Counted from the first letter of the stretch, positions 55,942-63,694 are shown. The stretch: DNA of 64,000 nucleotides from a virus (IMGVR_UViG_3300032332_001507:1-64000), one strand, 5' to 3'. Notes: generated by a model from the sequence alone, not told the origin. Made by a program: numbers and translations.

Positions 55942-57042
55942 ATGAAATTAAACACATTATTCAAACGCGCTGTAAACGGCAAAGTAAATGAATGGACCGT
56001 TGAAGTAGAAAACAATTGTTTTAGAACAATATCTGGTTATACAGATGGAGTTAAAACAACTTCTGAATGGACCTGCTGCTCAGGTAAAAATGTAGGTAAG
56101 AAAAACGAAACCACACCTGAACAACAAGCATTAGCTGAAGCCCAAGCGATGTGGACTAAGAAAGTGGAATTAGGTAGTTATGAATCAATAGATGATATTG
56201 ACACACCTAAGTTCTTCAATCCAATGTTAGCTCATAAATTTGAAGACTATAAAGATAAAATCGAGTACCCAGTTTACAGCCAACCTAAACTAGATGGTAT
56301 CAGATGTATTGTTAGAGCAGATGGTATGTGGAGTCGAAATGGTAAGAAAATCATCTCAGCACCTCACATTTATAAAGCATTAAAACCATTATTTGAAACC
56401 AACCCAGATTTGATTTTTGATGGTGAGTTGTATGCTGATAAGTTCGCAAATGACTTCAATGCTATTTGTTCATTGGTTAAGAAAACCAAACCAACAAGTG
56501 ATGATTTAGATAAAAGTAAAGAATCAATTCAATATCACATTTATGATTTACCTAGTCATGATGATGTGTTTAGTGAGCGATATAGTACTTTAAATAAAAT
56601 GTCTTTACCTGAGTGTTGTGTATTGGTAAGAACAAGTCATGTCCACGATGCTGAGTGGGTTGATAAGTGGTATGCTGACTATGTTAGTGAGGGATATGAG
56701 GGTTTGATGGTTCGTTTAAATAAAAAATATGAATCAAAACGCTCTAAGTCATTGCTCAAATACAAATCATTCATTGATGAAGAGTACACTATTTTAGATG
56801 TAGTTGAGGGTGAGGGTAATAAAACAGGAATGGTAGGCTCGTTTGTATTTGAAAATAAAGATGGAAAACGATTTAATGCCTCACCTAAATTCAATTGGGA
56901 GGAGTGTACTGCGATGTGGATTGACAGAGTTAATTTGATTGGTAAATCAGCAACAGTTAAGTACTTTAACCTAACACCAGGCGATTCACCAGTACCTAGA
57001 TTTCCATATGTAATCAAAATAGATCGAGAGTCTTACGAGTAA
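55942..57042 (+). CDS. ATP-dependent DNA ligase
   Basis: PMLA, QPKLDGIRC (KxDG), DGELY, YDL, EGLMVR, KRS..LLKYK, PRFP. Confidence 0.92.
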   Translation: MKLNTLFKRAVNGKVNEWTVEVENNCFRTISGYTDGVKTTSEWTCCSGKNVGKKNETTPEQQALAEAQAMWTKKVELGSYESIDDIDTPKFFNPMLAHKFEDYKDKIEYPVYSQPKLDGIRCIVRADGMWSRNGKKIISAPHIYKALKPLFETNPDLIFDGELYADKFANDFNAICSLVKKTKPTSDDLDKSKESIQYHIYDLPSHDDVFSERYSTLNKMSLPECCVLVRTSHVHDAEWVDKWYADYVSEGYEGLMVRLNKKYESKRSKSLLKYKSFIDEEYTILDVVEGEGNKTGMVGSFVFENKDGKRFNASPKFNWEECTAMWIDRVNLIGKSATVKYFNLTPGDSPVPRFPYVIKIDRESYE

Positions 57043-57043
57043 G

Positions 57044-57075
57044 CGTGCTTCCTGGGAAGTACGTTCGTATATTTA
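57044..57075 (+). promoter_or_regulatory. Class A promoter (CGTG variant) with hairpin
   Basis: CGTGCTTCC-TG-GGAAGTACG hairpin; CGTATATTTA 57066-57075. Confidence 0.65.
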
Positions 57076-57104
57076 CAACATAATAATAATAAAAAATAAA
57101 GATT

Positions 57105-57911
57105 ATGCCACTAGATTTAAGCAACACAACATTTCTCGGTAGAGCTGAGATTAAAGAAAGAGCAAGTTCAGTTTACACAACTACAGGTGCTCCAGACACA
57201 AGTGAAAAGTATTCACATATTCCAACAGACCGAATTATCCAGGACATGGAAGCGTTAGGTTGGGGTGTAGTTGATGCTAAACAGGTACGCGCTCGCAAAG
57301 GTGAGGGTTTCCAAAAACACTTAGTAGTGTTCCGTAACAATGATTTGTTCATTGAGGGTGAAGATGGTGATGATGTGTTCCCACAAATCTTATTAACAAA
57401 CAGTCACGATGGTAAGAATTCATTTACATTTACAGCTGGTTTGTTTAGAATGGTTTGTGAGAATGGGTTAGTGATTTCAACTCAAGAGTTTGAAAACATG
57501 AAAATCCGTCACTTTGGTTACGATTTTGGAAAATTACAACAGGTAATCACAGGTATGGTTGAAGCATTGCCGTTAACTGTTGCCTCAATGAATCGTTTCA
57601 AACAAACTCAATTAGGTCAGGAACAAATGCTTGATTTTGCTCAGAAAGCATTAGAGGTTCGTTTTGGAGCTGAGCAGACTCAAAACATTACAATTGATTT
57701 GAGAGAGTTGATTACACCAACACGTGATGAAGATAGAGGTAGTGATTTGTGGAGTGTATTCAATGTAGTTCAAGAGAAATTGATGCATGGGATGTTCAAT
57801 TATCAAACTGGAACTAAAATGAGAAAAGCTCGTAAAATCAAGAACTTTAAGCAAGATATCGAGTTGAATGCTAAGTTGTTTGAGTTGGCTAATGAGTATG
57901 CAGTAAATTAA
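57105..57911 (+). CDS. DUF932/DUF945 family protein
   Basis: KYSHIPT, KHLVVFR, NSHDG, GLFRMVCENGL, R.ED...DLW.VFN.VQE. Confidence 0.85.
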   Translation: MPLDLSNTTFLGRAEIKERASSVYTTTGAPDTSEKYSHIPTDRIIQDMEALGWGVVDAKQVRARKGEGFQKHLVVFRNNDLFIEGEDGDDVFPQILLTNSHDGKNSFTFTAGLFRMVCENGLVISTQEFENMKIRHFGYDFGKLQQVITGMVEALPLTVASMNRFKQTQLGQEQMLDFAQKALEVRFGAEQTQNITIDLRELITPTRDEDRGSDLWSVFNVVQEKLMHGMFNYQTGTKMRKARKIKNFKQDIELNAKLFELANEYAVN

Positions 57912-57937
57912 CACGCCACCCAGATAAATAGAGGATT

Positions 57938-57960
57938 GAGCCGACGTTAGTCGGCTCTTT
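57938..57960 (+). terminator. Rho-independent terminator
   Basis: GAGCCGAC-GTTA-GTCGGCTC-TTT. Confidence 0.75.
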
Positions 57961-57961
57961 C

Positions 57962-57971
57962 TATATTTATA
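57962..57971 (+). promoter_or_regulatory. Class B motif
   Basis: TATATTTATA before 57996. Confidence 0.55.
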
Positions 57972-57995
57972 ACAAACCAATTAAAACACACAATT

Positions 57996-58253
57996 ATGAT
58001 GAATTTCAAACAATGGGTTATTGATTTATTTAAGGACGAGCGTGGTTCAATATCAGTTAAGCCAGTTATCGCTTTATTAGGCGCCTTATTCTTAAGTGTT
58101 ACTATGACTATCAACTCATTCTCTCACTCGGACTTTGCTCCGGCTGATAATTTAGTTGATGCTGTTTTAATTATTACTGCAATTGGTATGGGTGCAGATA
58201 CTTTAGATAAATTCTCTCATAAGAAGAAGTCTGAAGACACACCTGCTGAATAA
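57996..58253 (+). CDS. Two-TM membrane protein (holin-like)
   Basis: KDERGSISVKPVIALLG...TM2...DKFS charged tail. Confidence 0.55.
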   Translation: MMNFKQWVIDLFKDERGSISVKPVIALLGALFLSVTMTINSFSHSDFAPADNLVDAVLIITAIGMGADTLDKFSHKKKSEDTPAE

Positions 58254-58273
58254 AAGTAATTTAGGGATTTATT

Positions 58274-58323
58274 AAAAGAGCCAAGCAAATGCTTGGCTTT
58301 TTGCTTCCTCGTTCGTATCTTTA
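58274..58323 (+). terminator. Terminator overlapping class A promoter
   Basis: AGAGCCAAGCA-AA-TGCTTGGCTTTTT; CTTGG 58292 and CGTATCTTTA 58314. Confidence 0.75.
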
Positions 58324-58327
58324 CGGT

Positions 58328-58570
58328 ATGATTGAAACAACACAACCTAAAAAACGCGGCCGTAAGCCAGCAATTAAACTTGAAGTTGCACCTCAAATAG
58401 TTGAAATTGAAGGTGAAATTGAAGGTACAACAATTGAAAAATTGAAAATGTTAGGTAAACAACTCCAGTTTATGGATATAAAATTGAATGAAGAACCATA
58501 TCGAATGGAGTTGAGAGTAAAACGAGGTGAAATGTTAAATCGAGTTTATCATTTAATAAGCGAATTATGA
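58328..58570 (+). CDS. Hypothetical protein with AT-hook-like KKRGRKP
   Basis: Start re-assigned to ATG 58328 after promoter. Confidence 0.55.
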   Translation: MIETTQPKKRGRKPAIKLEVAPQIVEIEGEIEGTTIEKLKMLGKQLQFMDIKLNEEPYRMELRVKRGEMLNRVYHLISEL

Positions 58571-59532
58571 GTAAAATAGATATATTAAAATACCAAAACC
58601 AACAATTGGATATGTCTTTGATTGATGTAATCGATTTGTTAATGCCTAAAAGTAAATATACTGAAATGGTAGTTAATCTTACTAAATATAACCCAAAAAA
58701 CGCTATGTCAAATGGAGAGTATGAGGATACCATCAAGTATATCAATAATATGTTTGGGACCCCATTAGATAAACTAAGACAGTTGTCTAACCATAAGGTA
58801 TGGGTTATTCAAAACTTAATAGGTATGGTACCTTATAGTTTGAGAGAGAATAATAATTTAAGAAAATTCATTGAGTATAATGAACGAGGTTTGATTGATA
58901 ATAAAGATTTAACTTCATATAAACGTATAGAAGACATTGTAAGACAGATATCAATCGCTGAGGTTAGATTGTTAAATAAGGAGTTAATCAAGCAAGTCCA
59001 TAAAATGTATGAAGATGATGAATGGTTGGTATTACGTCCATTAACTAGGGAGTCATCTGTTAAGTATGGAGCAGGAACTAAGTGGTGTACCGCTAGTACT
59101 AATGAGGAATATCAATTCTACAGATACACAAGACGAGGTATTTTAATTTACACTATCAATAAAAAAACAGGTCAAAAGGTAGCAGCGTTTAAAAATACGG
59201 ATCCATATAATGAGCCTGAATTATCATTTTGGAATGAAATTGATACTCGAATTGATTCATATGAGGCGGAGTTGCCTGAGTTTATTATGAAGTTGATTTT
59301 CAATGAATTTAAAACAACATCCTCTAATTATGATATTACACCTGAGCAGTGGCAAGTAAAAGAAGAGTTAAGTAAAAGTATTAGTTTAGAAGAGCCAATG
59401 GATATGATAGTGGAAGAGCCCACAGTTACGACTTATACAGCGACATTAGAAGCTACTTTACAACAAGCAGTATTAGATTATAATAGTTTTACAAACAGTC
59501 TTATAAACCCAGCACAAAATGAGCAACATTAA
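58567..59532 (+). CDS. Conserved-looking large-phage protein (PcfJ-like domain possible)
   Basis: YEDDEWLVLRPLT.ESS.KYG.GTKWCTA motif. Confidence 0.5.
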   Translation: MSKIDILKYQNQQLDMSLIDVIDLLMPKSKYTEMVVNLTKYNPKNAMSNGEYEDTIKYINNMFGTPLDKLRQLSNHKVWVIQNLIGMVPYSLRENNNLRKFIEYNERGLIDNKDLTSYKRIEDIVRQISIAEVRLLNKELIKQVHKMYEDDEWLVLRPLTRESSVKYGAGTKWCTASTNEEYQFYRYTRRGILIYTINKKTGQKVAAFKNTDPYNEPELSFWNEIDTRIDSYEAELPEFIMKLIFNEFKTTSSNYDITPEQWQVKEELSKSISLEEPMDMIVEEPTVTTYTATLEATLQQAVLDYNSFTNSLINPAQNEQH

Positions 59533-59716
59533 ATTTTATACCAACAGACAAGTAGCCTTACAGATGGCTATTGAAGCAAGAAAAGCAAAATACCCAGGTG
59601 CATTACTTGAAGTAGCAGATGAGTTTTATGATTGGCTTCAAGACGCACCCATGAAAGATGAGGACAATCAATTTTGGTTAGACGGATCAACTAAAACAAA
59701 ACCAAAAGATAAATAA
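59519..59716 (+). CDS. Hypothetical protein
   Basis: ORF track. Confidence 0.5.
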   Translation: MSNIKFYTNRQVALQMAIEARKAKYPGALLEVADEFYDWLQDAPMKDEDNQFWLDGSTKTKPKDK

Positions 59717-59718
59717 CT

Positions 59719-60099
59719 ATGGAAGATAGAATACAAATAAATGGTGTTTGGTATAAACGAGAAAAACCAGAAACACCTAAATATGAAATCAGTGATATTA
59801 ATGTAACTAGTAGTAAATCATATACTTATGAATCTACAGATTTTTGTTTTGAAGCTATTAAGTTAAGTAAAGATGAAGGTGAAACGTTTTTTGATTCAGT
59901 TGATATTGAGTTCACTGACAAACGAGTTAAACCATGGAAAACAGAGCTTTGGGACAATCCAAATTGGTTTAAAGGTATATTAGATAATGACCCTGAAGCG
60001 TTAGATGATGATGAGGGAACAATAGAAAGTATAGGTCCAAATGGATTAGGACAATTAAAAGCATTTTTAACTTATTTAAAAGATAAAAATTGGTTATGA
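59719..60099 (+). CDS. Hypothetical protein
   Basis: MEDRIQINGVWYKRE N-terminus. Confidence 0.55.
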   Translation: MEDRIQINGVWYKREKPETPKYEISDINVTSSKSYTYESTDFCFEAIKLSKDEGETFFDSVDIEFTDKRVKPWKTELWDNPNWFKGILDNDPEALDDDEGTIESIGPNGLGQLKAFLTYLKDKNWL

Positions 60100-60716
60100 A
60101 AAGATCATATATAAGAGTAACATATGTAGCACTATCACACTATGGAAAGCCAATAGTAACCGCTCATACATTTGATGATTTAAAATTAGGTATAGATGAG
60201 TATTTTGGTGCTGGTAAAGATCAACTTGAATGGATACCCTATGAAAGTAAATACCCAGATGATTATGAAGGTTATTTTAAATACGAAGCAGATGATTTCA
60301 ATGGAGGTACAGAGTTAGAAGAAATTAAAGTATATTGTGTAGACTTTTATCCAACAACAAAATATGAAGTGGAAAATGATCGTAATGATACAATCACAGT
60401 ATCCAAGGAATTACAAAAACAGCTCATAATTGAAATGATGGGCCAGGATGAAAAATTAGGTTTATACAAAACAAGAAATTTACATATGATGGACGAACAA
60501 GAAATAAAACAATACGAATACGCTTCTGAATTAAGTAAATATGATAATAAAGAAGAACGCCAACAAATGATTGAACGGATAGAAGTATTGATAAGGTATA
60601 GAGGAGCTATGGCTCAACAAATACTAATTCATAAAGGTGATGATGGGGTGTTAAAAGCAATGAAACACTTGTATACACATTATGATAATCTAATTAAAGA
60701 AAATTTAGGATTATGA
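60096..60716 (+). CDS. Hypothetical protein (mosaic)
   Basis: ORF track; ATG 60096. Confidence 0.5.
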   Translation: MKRSYIRVTYVALSHYGKPIVTAHTFDDLKLGIDEYFGAGKDQLEWIPYESKYPDDYEGYFKYEADDFNGGTELEEIKVYCVDFYPTTKYEVENDRNDTITVSKELQKQLIIEMMGQDEKLGLYKTRNLHMMDEQEIKQYEYASELSKYDNKEERQQMIERIEVLIRYRGAMAQQILIHKGDDGVLKAMKHLYTHYDNLIKENLGL

Positions 60717-60892
60717 ATGAAATAATTGAAAAATACGAAGCAAAATTAGACTACTTAAACAAAGCAGTTGAACAATCAAAACATTTAATGGATAAAGATA
60801 CATTAGATACGATGAATCATATGAAAATTTTGCTTACCGAAGTAGTAACAGATTTTAAAGCTATACGTGCGTTGGGAGGTAACAATGAGTAA
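60713..60892 (+). CDS. Small hypothetical protein (59 aa)
   Basis: MNEIIEKYEAKLDYL...GGNNE. Confidence 0.5.
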   Translation: MNEIIEKYEAKLDYLNKAVEQSKHLMDKDTLDTMNHMKILLTEVVTDFKAIRALGGNNE

Positions 60893-61136
60893 ACAAACAG
60901 CATTACAATGGTATATTCAACAATGTGAAAACATTAAATATAACCCATTAGAAAAAAATGGATACACGATTGCTAAAGAAAAAATTATTAAGCAAGCACT
61001 TGAAATGGAACGTGAGCAGATGATCGAATTTTCACAAGAGGTTTTTGTAAATCGTTATAATCAAGTTTATGAGACATTAAGTAGTGTATCAAATGAGACT
61101 TACAAACAAACATACGGAGGTAACAATGACAATTAA
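60885..61136 (+). CDS. Hypothetical protein (MSKQTA..W...QALEMEREQ...TYGGN type)
   Basis: Start re-assigned to ATG 60885. Confidence 0.55.
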   Translation: MSKQTALQWYIQQCENIKYNPLEKNGYTIAKEKIIKQALEMEREQMIEFSQEVFVNRYNQVYETLSSVSNETYKQTYGGNNDN

Positions 61137-61374
61137 ACAATGGTTACAAAATGTTCATTACGATGACTATGGACAATACTTATGGGCTAATCATGATGAT
61201 GGAAACCAATTGATTGGTGAAGTTAGAGGTTGGGGTGCATTACAACAAGAGTTTAAAACTGAAGCGGAAGCAGGAGTATTTCAAGATGAAGTAGGTAAAT
61301 TCATTGCCGATGCTATCAATGAAAAAGTAAAACGTGATTTTGGAAGTGAAGATGAATGGGGAGACTATAAATAA
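61126..61374 (+). CDS. Hypothetical protein
   Basis: EVRGWG...FQDEVGKFIADAINEK. Confidence 0.55.
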   Translation: MTIKQWLQNVHYDDYGQYLWANHDDGNQLIGEVRGWGALQQEFKTEAEAGVFQDEVGKFIADAINEKVKRDFGSEDEWGDYK

Positions 61375-61426
61375 AATTCCAGTAACGACGACGATAACAA
61401 AAACAACAACGTGGAAGAAAAAAATA

Positions 61427-61450
61427 AAGGCGAGAATAAAATCTCGCCTT
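61427..61450. terminator. Hairpin between convergent genes (bidirectional terminator)
   Basis: AAGGCGAGA...TCTCGCCTT flanked by A-run and T-rich sequence. Confidence 0.65.
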
Positions 61451-61487
61451 CTCGTTTATCTAAATAGATAAATAGATAAAAATAGAA

Positions 61488-61802
61488 TTAAGCAGTCGGT
61501 GTAACGCTTCTCCATCCACTAACGTTAGAAGTTGAACCTGCTGCTCCAAATCCATAAACGAACATCTTAAGGTTAGCTGCGCTACCTGACATAGCGACTG
61601 AACCTGTTACAACGCCCGTTGGAAGTGGATCCATTGGAGTTAAAGTAATTACTGAGCCAAAGTTAGCTACGTTTGATTGGTAAATAGAGCTTGAAGCTAA
61701 ATAGATACCGATTTCGTTTACACGATCTGCTGTTTCGCCTAAACGATCAAGACCGTCTACGAAAAAATAAGGAGTTGCTGCTGCATTGTTTGGAATTGCC
61801 AT
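61488..61802 (-). CDS. Hypothetical protein, probable virion component (only credible minus-strand gene)
   Basis: G/S/T/A-rich (VTGSVAMSGS); class B motif on minus strand upstream. Confidence 0.6.
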   Translation of the reverse strand: MAIPNNAAATPYFFVDGLDRLGETADRVNEIGIYLASSSIYQSNVANFGSVITLTPMDPLPTGVVTGSVAMSGSAANLKMFVYGFGAAGSTSNVSGWRSVTPTA

Positions 61803-61827
61803 TGTGTTTTGTTTTAAGGGTTATACC

Positions 61828-61836
61828 TATAAATAT
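61828..61836 (-). promoter_or_regulatory. Class B motif on minus strand
   Basis: + strand TATAAATAT = ATATTTATA on minus strand, 25 nt before ATG at 61802. Confidence 0.65.
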
Positions 61837-62120
61837 GGGTGTAGGAGGAACAGGTAGAGGGAGCAGAAAGAACAAGCAAAGAGAGCAGATAGAGAGAACA
61901 GAAAGGTTAGCTAAAGAGAACAAGCAGGGTCATACGCAAGTGTGACCCGCTTTATTTACGTATGTGGTCTAGAGAGAACGGCTAGACGGGACAGAATAGT
62001 GTATGTGACAGGGTGTGAGATGTGGGTGTAATGGAGTGGTGGGACAGGGTAACCCCATGCCCCGCCCCTTCCCCCCTCTCTCGTCGACAAAGTATATACG
62101 TTACGAACACCACATATTTT

Positions 62121-62154
62121 CACAAAGGTATGCAAAAGTGCGTGCCTTTTTGTG
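62121..62154. other. Intergenic hairpin
   Basis: CACAAAGGTATGCA-AAAG-TGCGTGCCTTTTTGTG. Confidence 0.5.
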
Positions 62155-62243
62155 TTTTTGTTTGTATATTAAATAAAAAATTAGGTCTTTTGGGCCCGGG
62201 GAGGGGCATTTTTAAAAAAACAGGCAAAAAGAACAAAAATTTA

Positions 62244-62275
62244 TTTGGAAAATTAAAATTTTATTCGTATCGTTA
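62244..62275 (+). promoter_or_regulatory. Class A promoter
   Basis: TTTGG(62244)...CGTATCGTTA(62266-62275). Confidence 0.65.
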
Positions 62276-62293
62276 CCGCATAAATTAAAACAT

Positions 62294-62770
62294 ATGAGCA
62301 CAAAAGAAATCAAAAAAGAAGTAGCAGAGTTAATGGCTACAACAGCCCACAACTGGAAGGCTGTCTATGGAAAAGAAGCAGAAGCAACTCAGGAAGAAAG
62401 AGAAGAATATGCTAATTTCCGGGAGTATGCGGACAAGAGGATCCAAGAATTGATCCCAGACAGCGAAAAACTATCAATCTGTTTATCTGGATGTGCTAAA
62501 GGTGATTTGTCCCATTACGACATGGAAGACACACTTAAGATGTTTTTTAAGCCAGGTGAAGGAGTACAGTACGACAGTGAAAGCGGACAGTTTTGGATGT
62601 ATGTTAAACCAGAACTAGTACACCCAGTGTTAAGAGCTATCGACCACAACTTCCCAGGTCAAATAAAATTGACAGTAGATATAAACCGCTATGCAGACAA
62701 CCCTTGGTTTCAGAATTGGACTCAAGCCGAGAGATATTTAGCTCAGATAAGTGCGGAAACAGGAGAGTAA
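62294..62770 (+). CDS. Hypothetical early protein
   Basis: ORF after promoter. Confidence 0.6.
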   Translation: MSTKEIKKEVAELMATTAHNWKAVYGKEAEATQEEREEYANFREYADKRIQELIPDSEKLSICLSGCAKGDLSHYDMEDTLKMFFKPGEGVQYDSESGQFWMYVKPELVHPVLRAIDHNFPGQIKLTVDINRYADNPWFQNWTQAERYLAQISAETGE

Positions 62771-62794
62771 AACGAGCTCATAATCAAAGTCGAC

Positions 62795-62849
62795 AACCCA
62801 CCTGCTTAAAGAGAGCGGGTGGGTTTACTCAGAGGAGTTCGTATATTTA
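62795..62849 (+). terminator. Terminator hairpin overlapping class A promoter
   Basis: AACCCACCTGCT...AGCGGGTGGGTTT; CGTATATTTA at 62840. Confidence 0.65.
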
Positions 62850-62868
62850 CCTCATAATAATTAAACAC

Positions 62869-63057
62869 ATGAAAAAATTTATCGTTACAGAAACAATACC
62901 AGCAACCATAGAGTATACCTACTATGTTGAGGCTGAGAATGAAGAACAAGCACTAGAAATAGTGATGGATGGTGATGCAGAGGAAACGGCTACAATGAGA
63001 TGGGTTGAAGAAGGTGACGGTGAGTGGGAAGTAGAAGAAGAAAAAGAAGAAAAGTGA
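62869..63057 (+). CDS. Small acidic protein
   Basis: MKKFIVTE...VEAENEEQALE; start re-assigned to ATG 62869. Confidence 0.6.
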   Translation: MKKFIVTETIPATIEYTYYVEAENEEQALEIVMDGDAEETATMRWVEEGDGEWEVEEEKEEK

Positions 63058-63064
63058 GAAAAAA

Positions 63065-63096
63065 CGTGCCTCTAGGAAAAACAGGTCGTATATTTA
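63065..63096 (+). promoter_or_regulatory. Class A promoter (CGTG variant)
   Basis: CGTGC(63065)...CGTATATTTA(63087-63096). Confidence 0.7.
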
Positions 63097-63132
63097 AAGC
63101 ATAATAATTAATAACAAATAAAAATAAAGGTT

Positions 63133-63303
63133 ATGAGCACAGAAAACAAAACAAAAGGACGCCCAGTAGTGGCAGGTAGCGCACGTCAAGCACGTTTAGC
63201 AGCACAAGCAGCTCGAAAAGAAGCAAATGGTGGAGTAGTTAAGCGTGGACGCCCAGCGAAACCAAAAACAGAAACCGTAGAAGATAGTGTAGTGGAAGCC
63301 TAA
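63133..63303 (+). CDS. Small AT-hook protein (56 aa, not in ORF track)
   Basis: MSTENKTKGRPVVAGSARQARLAAQAARKEANGGVVKRGRPAKPK... Confidence 0.65.
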   Translation: MSTENKTKGRPVVAGSARQARLAAQAARKEANGGVVKRGRPAKPKTETVEDSVVEA

Positions 63304-63318
63304 CCGGTAAGGTAACCC

Positions 63319-63348
63319 AGGGGTGGGTGCGACGGCACTCACCCTTTT
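63319..63348 (+). terminator. Hairpin/terminator upstream of tRNA
   Basis: GGGTGGGTGC-GACG-GCACTCACCC-TTTT. Confidence 0.6.
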
Positions 63349-63353
63349 AAAAA

Positions 63354-63439
63354 GCCGAAGTGGTGGAACTGGTAGACACGCAGGACTTAAAATCCTGTTG
63401 CTAGAAACAGCAGTGCGGGTTCGATTCCCGCCTTCGGTA
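63354..63439 (+). tRNA. tRNA-Leu (TAA)
   Basis: Acceptor GCCGAAG/CTTCGGT, D-arm GGTGGAACTGGTAGACAC, anticodon CAGGA-CTTAAAA-TCCTG, long variable arm, GGTTCGATTCC; CCA not encoded. Confidence 0.95.
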
Positions 63440-63443
63440 CAAA

Positions 63444-63511
63444 TGATTAGAGCAGTTAAGGTCATGCCTTAAAGGAATGCAGACAGTGGAGATGAGCGTC
63501 CCACCTAATCA
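63444..63511 (+). ncRNA. Putative structured RNA (three-way junction)
   Basis: TGATTAG/CTAATCA closing stem; TTAAGG/CCTTAA and GTGG/CCAC internal hairpins. Confidence 0.4.
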
Positions 63512-63622
63512 AATATAATGAGGGAGGCCCTTAGGCAAGGCTCTATCTGCCGGAACGTATGCCGGTTAGACTAAATAAAAACTCACTCACGGGATTCAAG
63601 CGATGCAAAGCACCCATTAACT

Positions 63623-63650
63623 AGACCCAGACCTGATCAGTCTGGGTTTT
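63623..63650 (+). terminator. Rho-independent terminator
   Basis: AGACCCAGAC...GTCTGGGTTTT. Confidence 0.75.
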
Positions 63651-63663
63651 ATTTGAAAAATAA

Positions 63664-63694
63664 GTTGGCCTTTAAAATAGGTTTATTATATTGG
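63664..63694 (+). promoter_or_regulatory. Class A promoter variant
   Basis: GTTGG(63664)...ATTATATTGG(63685). Confidence 0.5.

Noticed and set aside
1432-58745. The many minus-strand ORFs in the ORF track
   Set aside because: They lie antisense to well-supported + strand genes, lack motifs and promoters, and read as shadow ORFs; only 61488-61802 is accepted
61691-62288. ORFs 61691-61945 and 62022-62288
   Set aside because: Non-ATG starts, overlap with the minus-strand gene or promoter/hairpin elements, and low-complexity translation; region looks non-coding
63196-63465. 89-aa minus-strand ORF
   Set aside because: Antisense to tRNA-Leu and the AT-hook gene
63444-63589. Additional canonical tRNAs or a hammerhead ribozyme
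   Set aside because: No TTC T-loop or GG D-loop, and no CTGATGA/GAAA core; kept only as unidentified structured RNA
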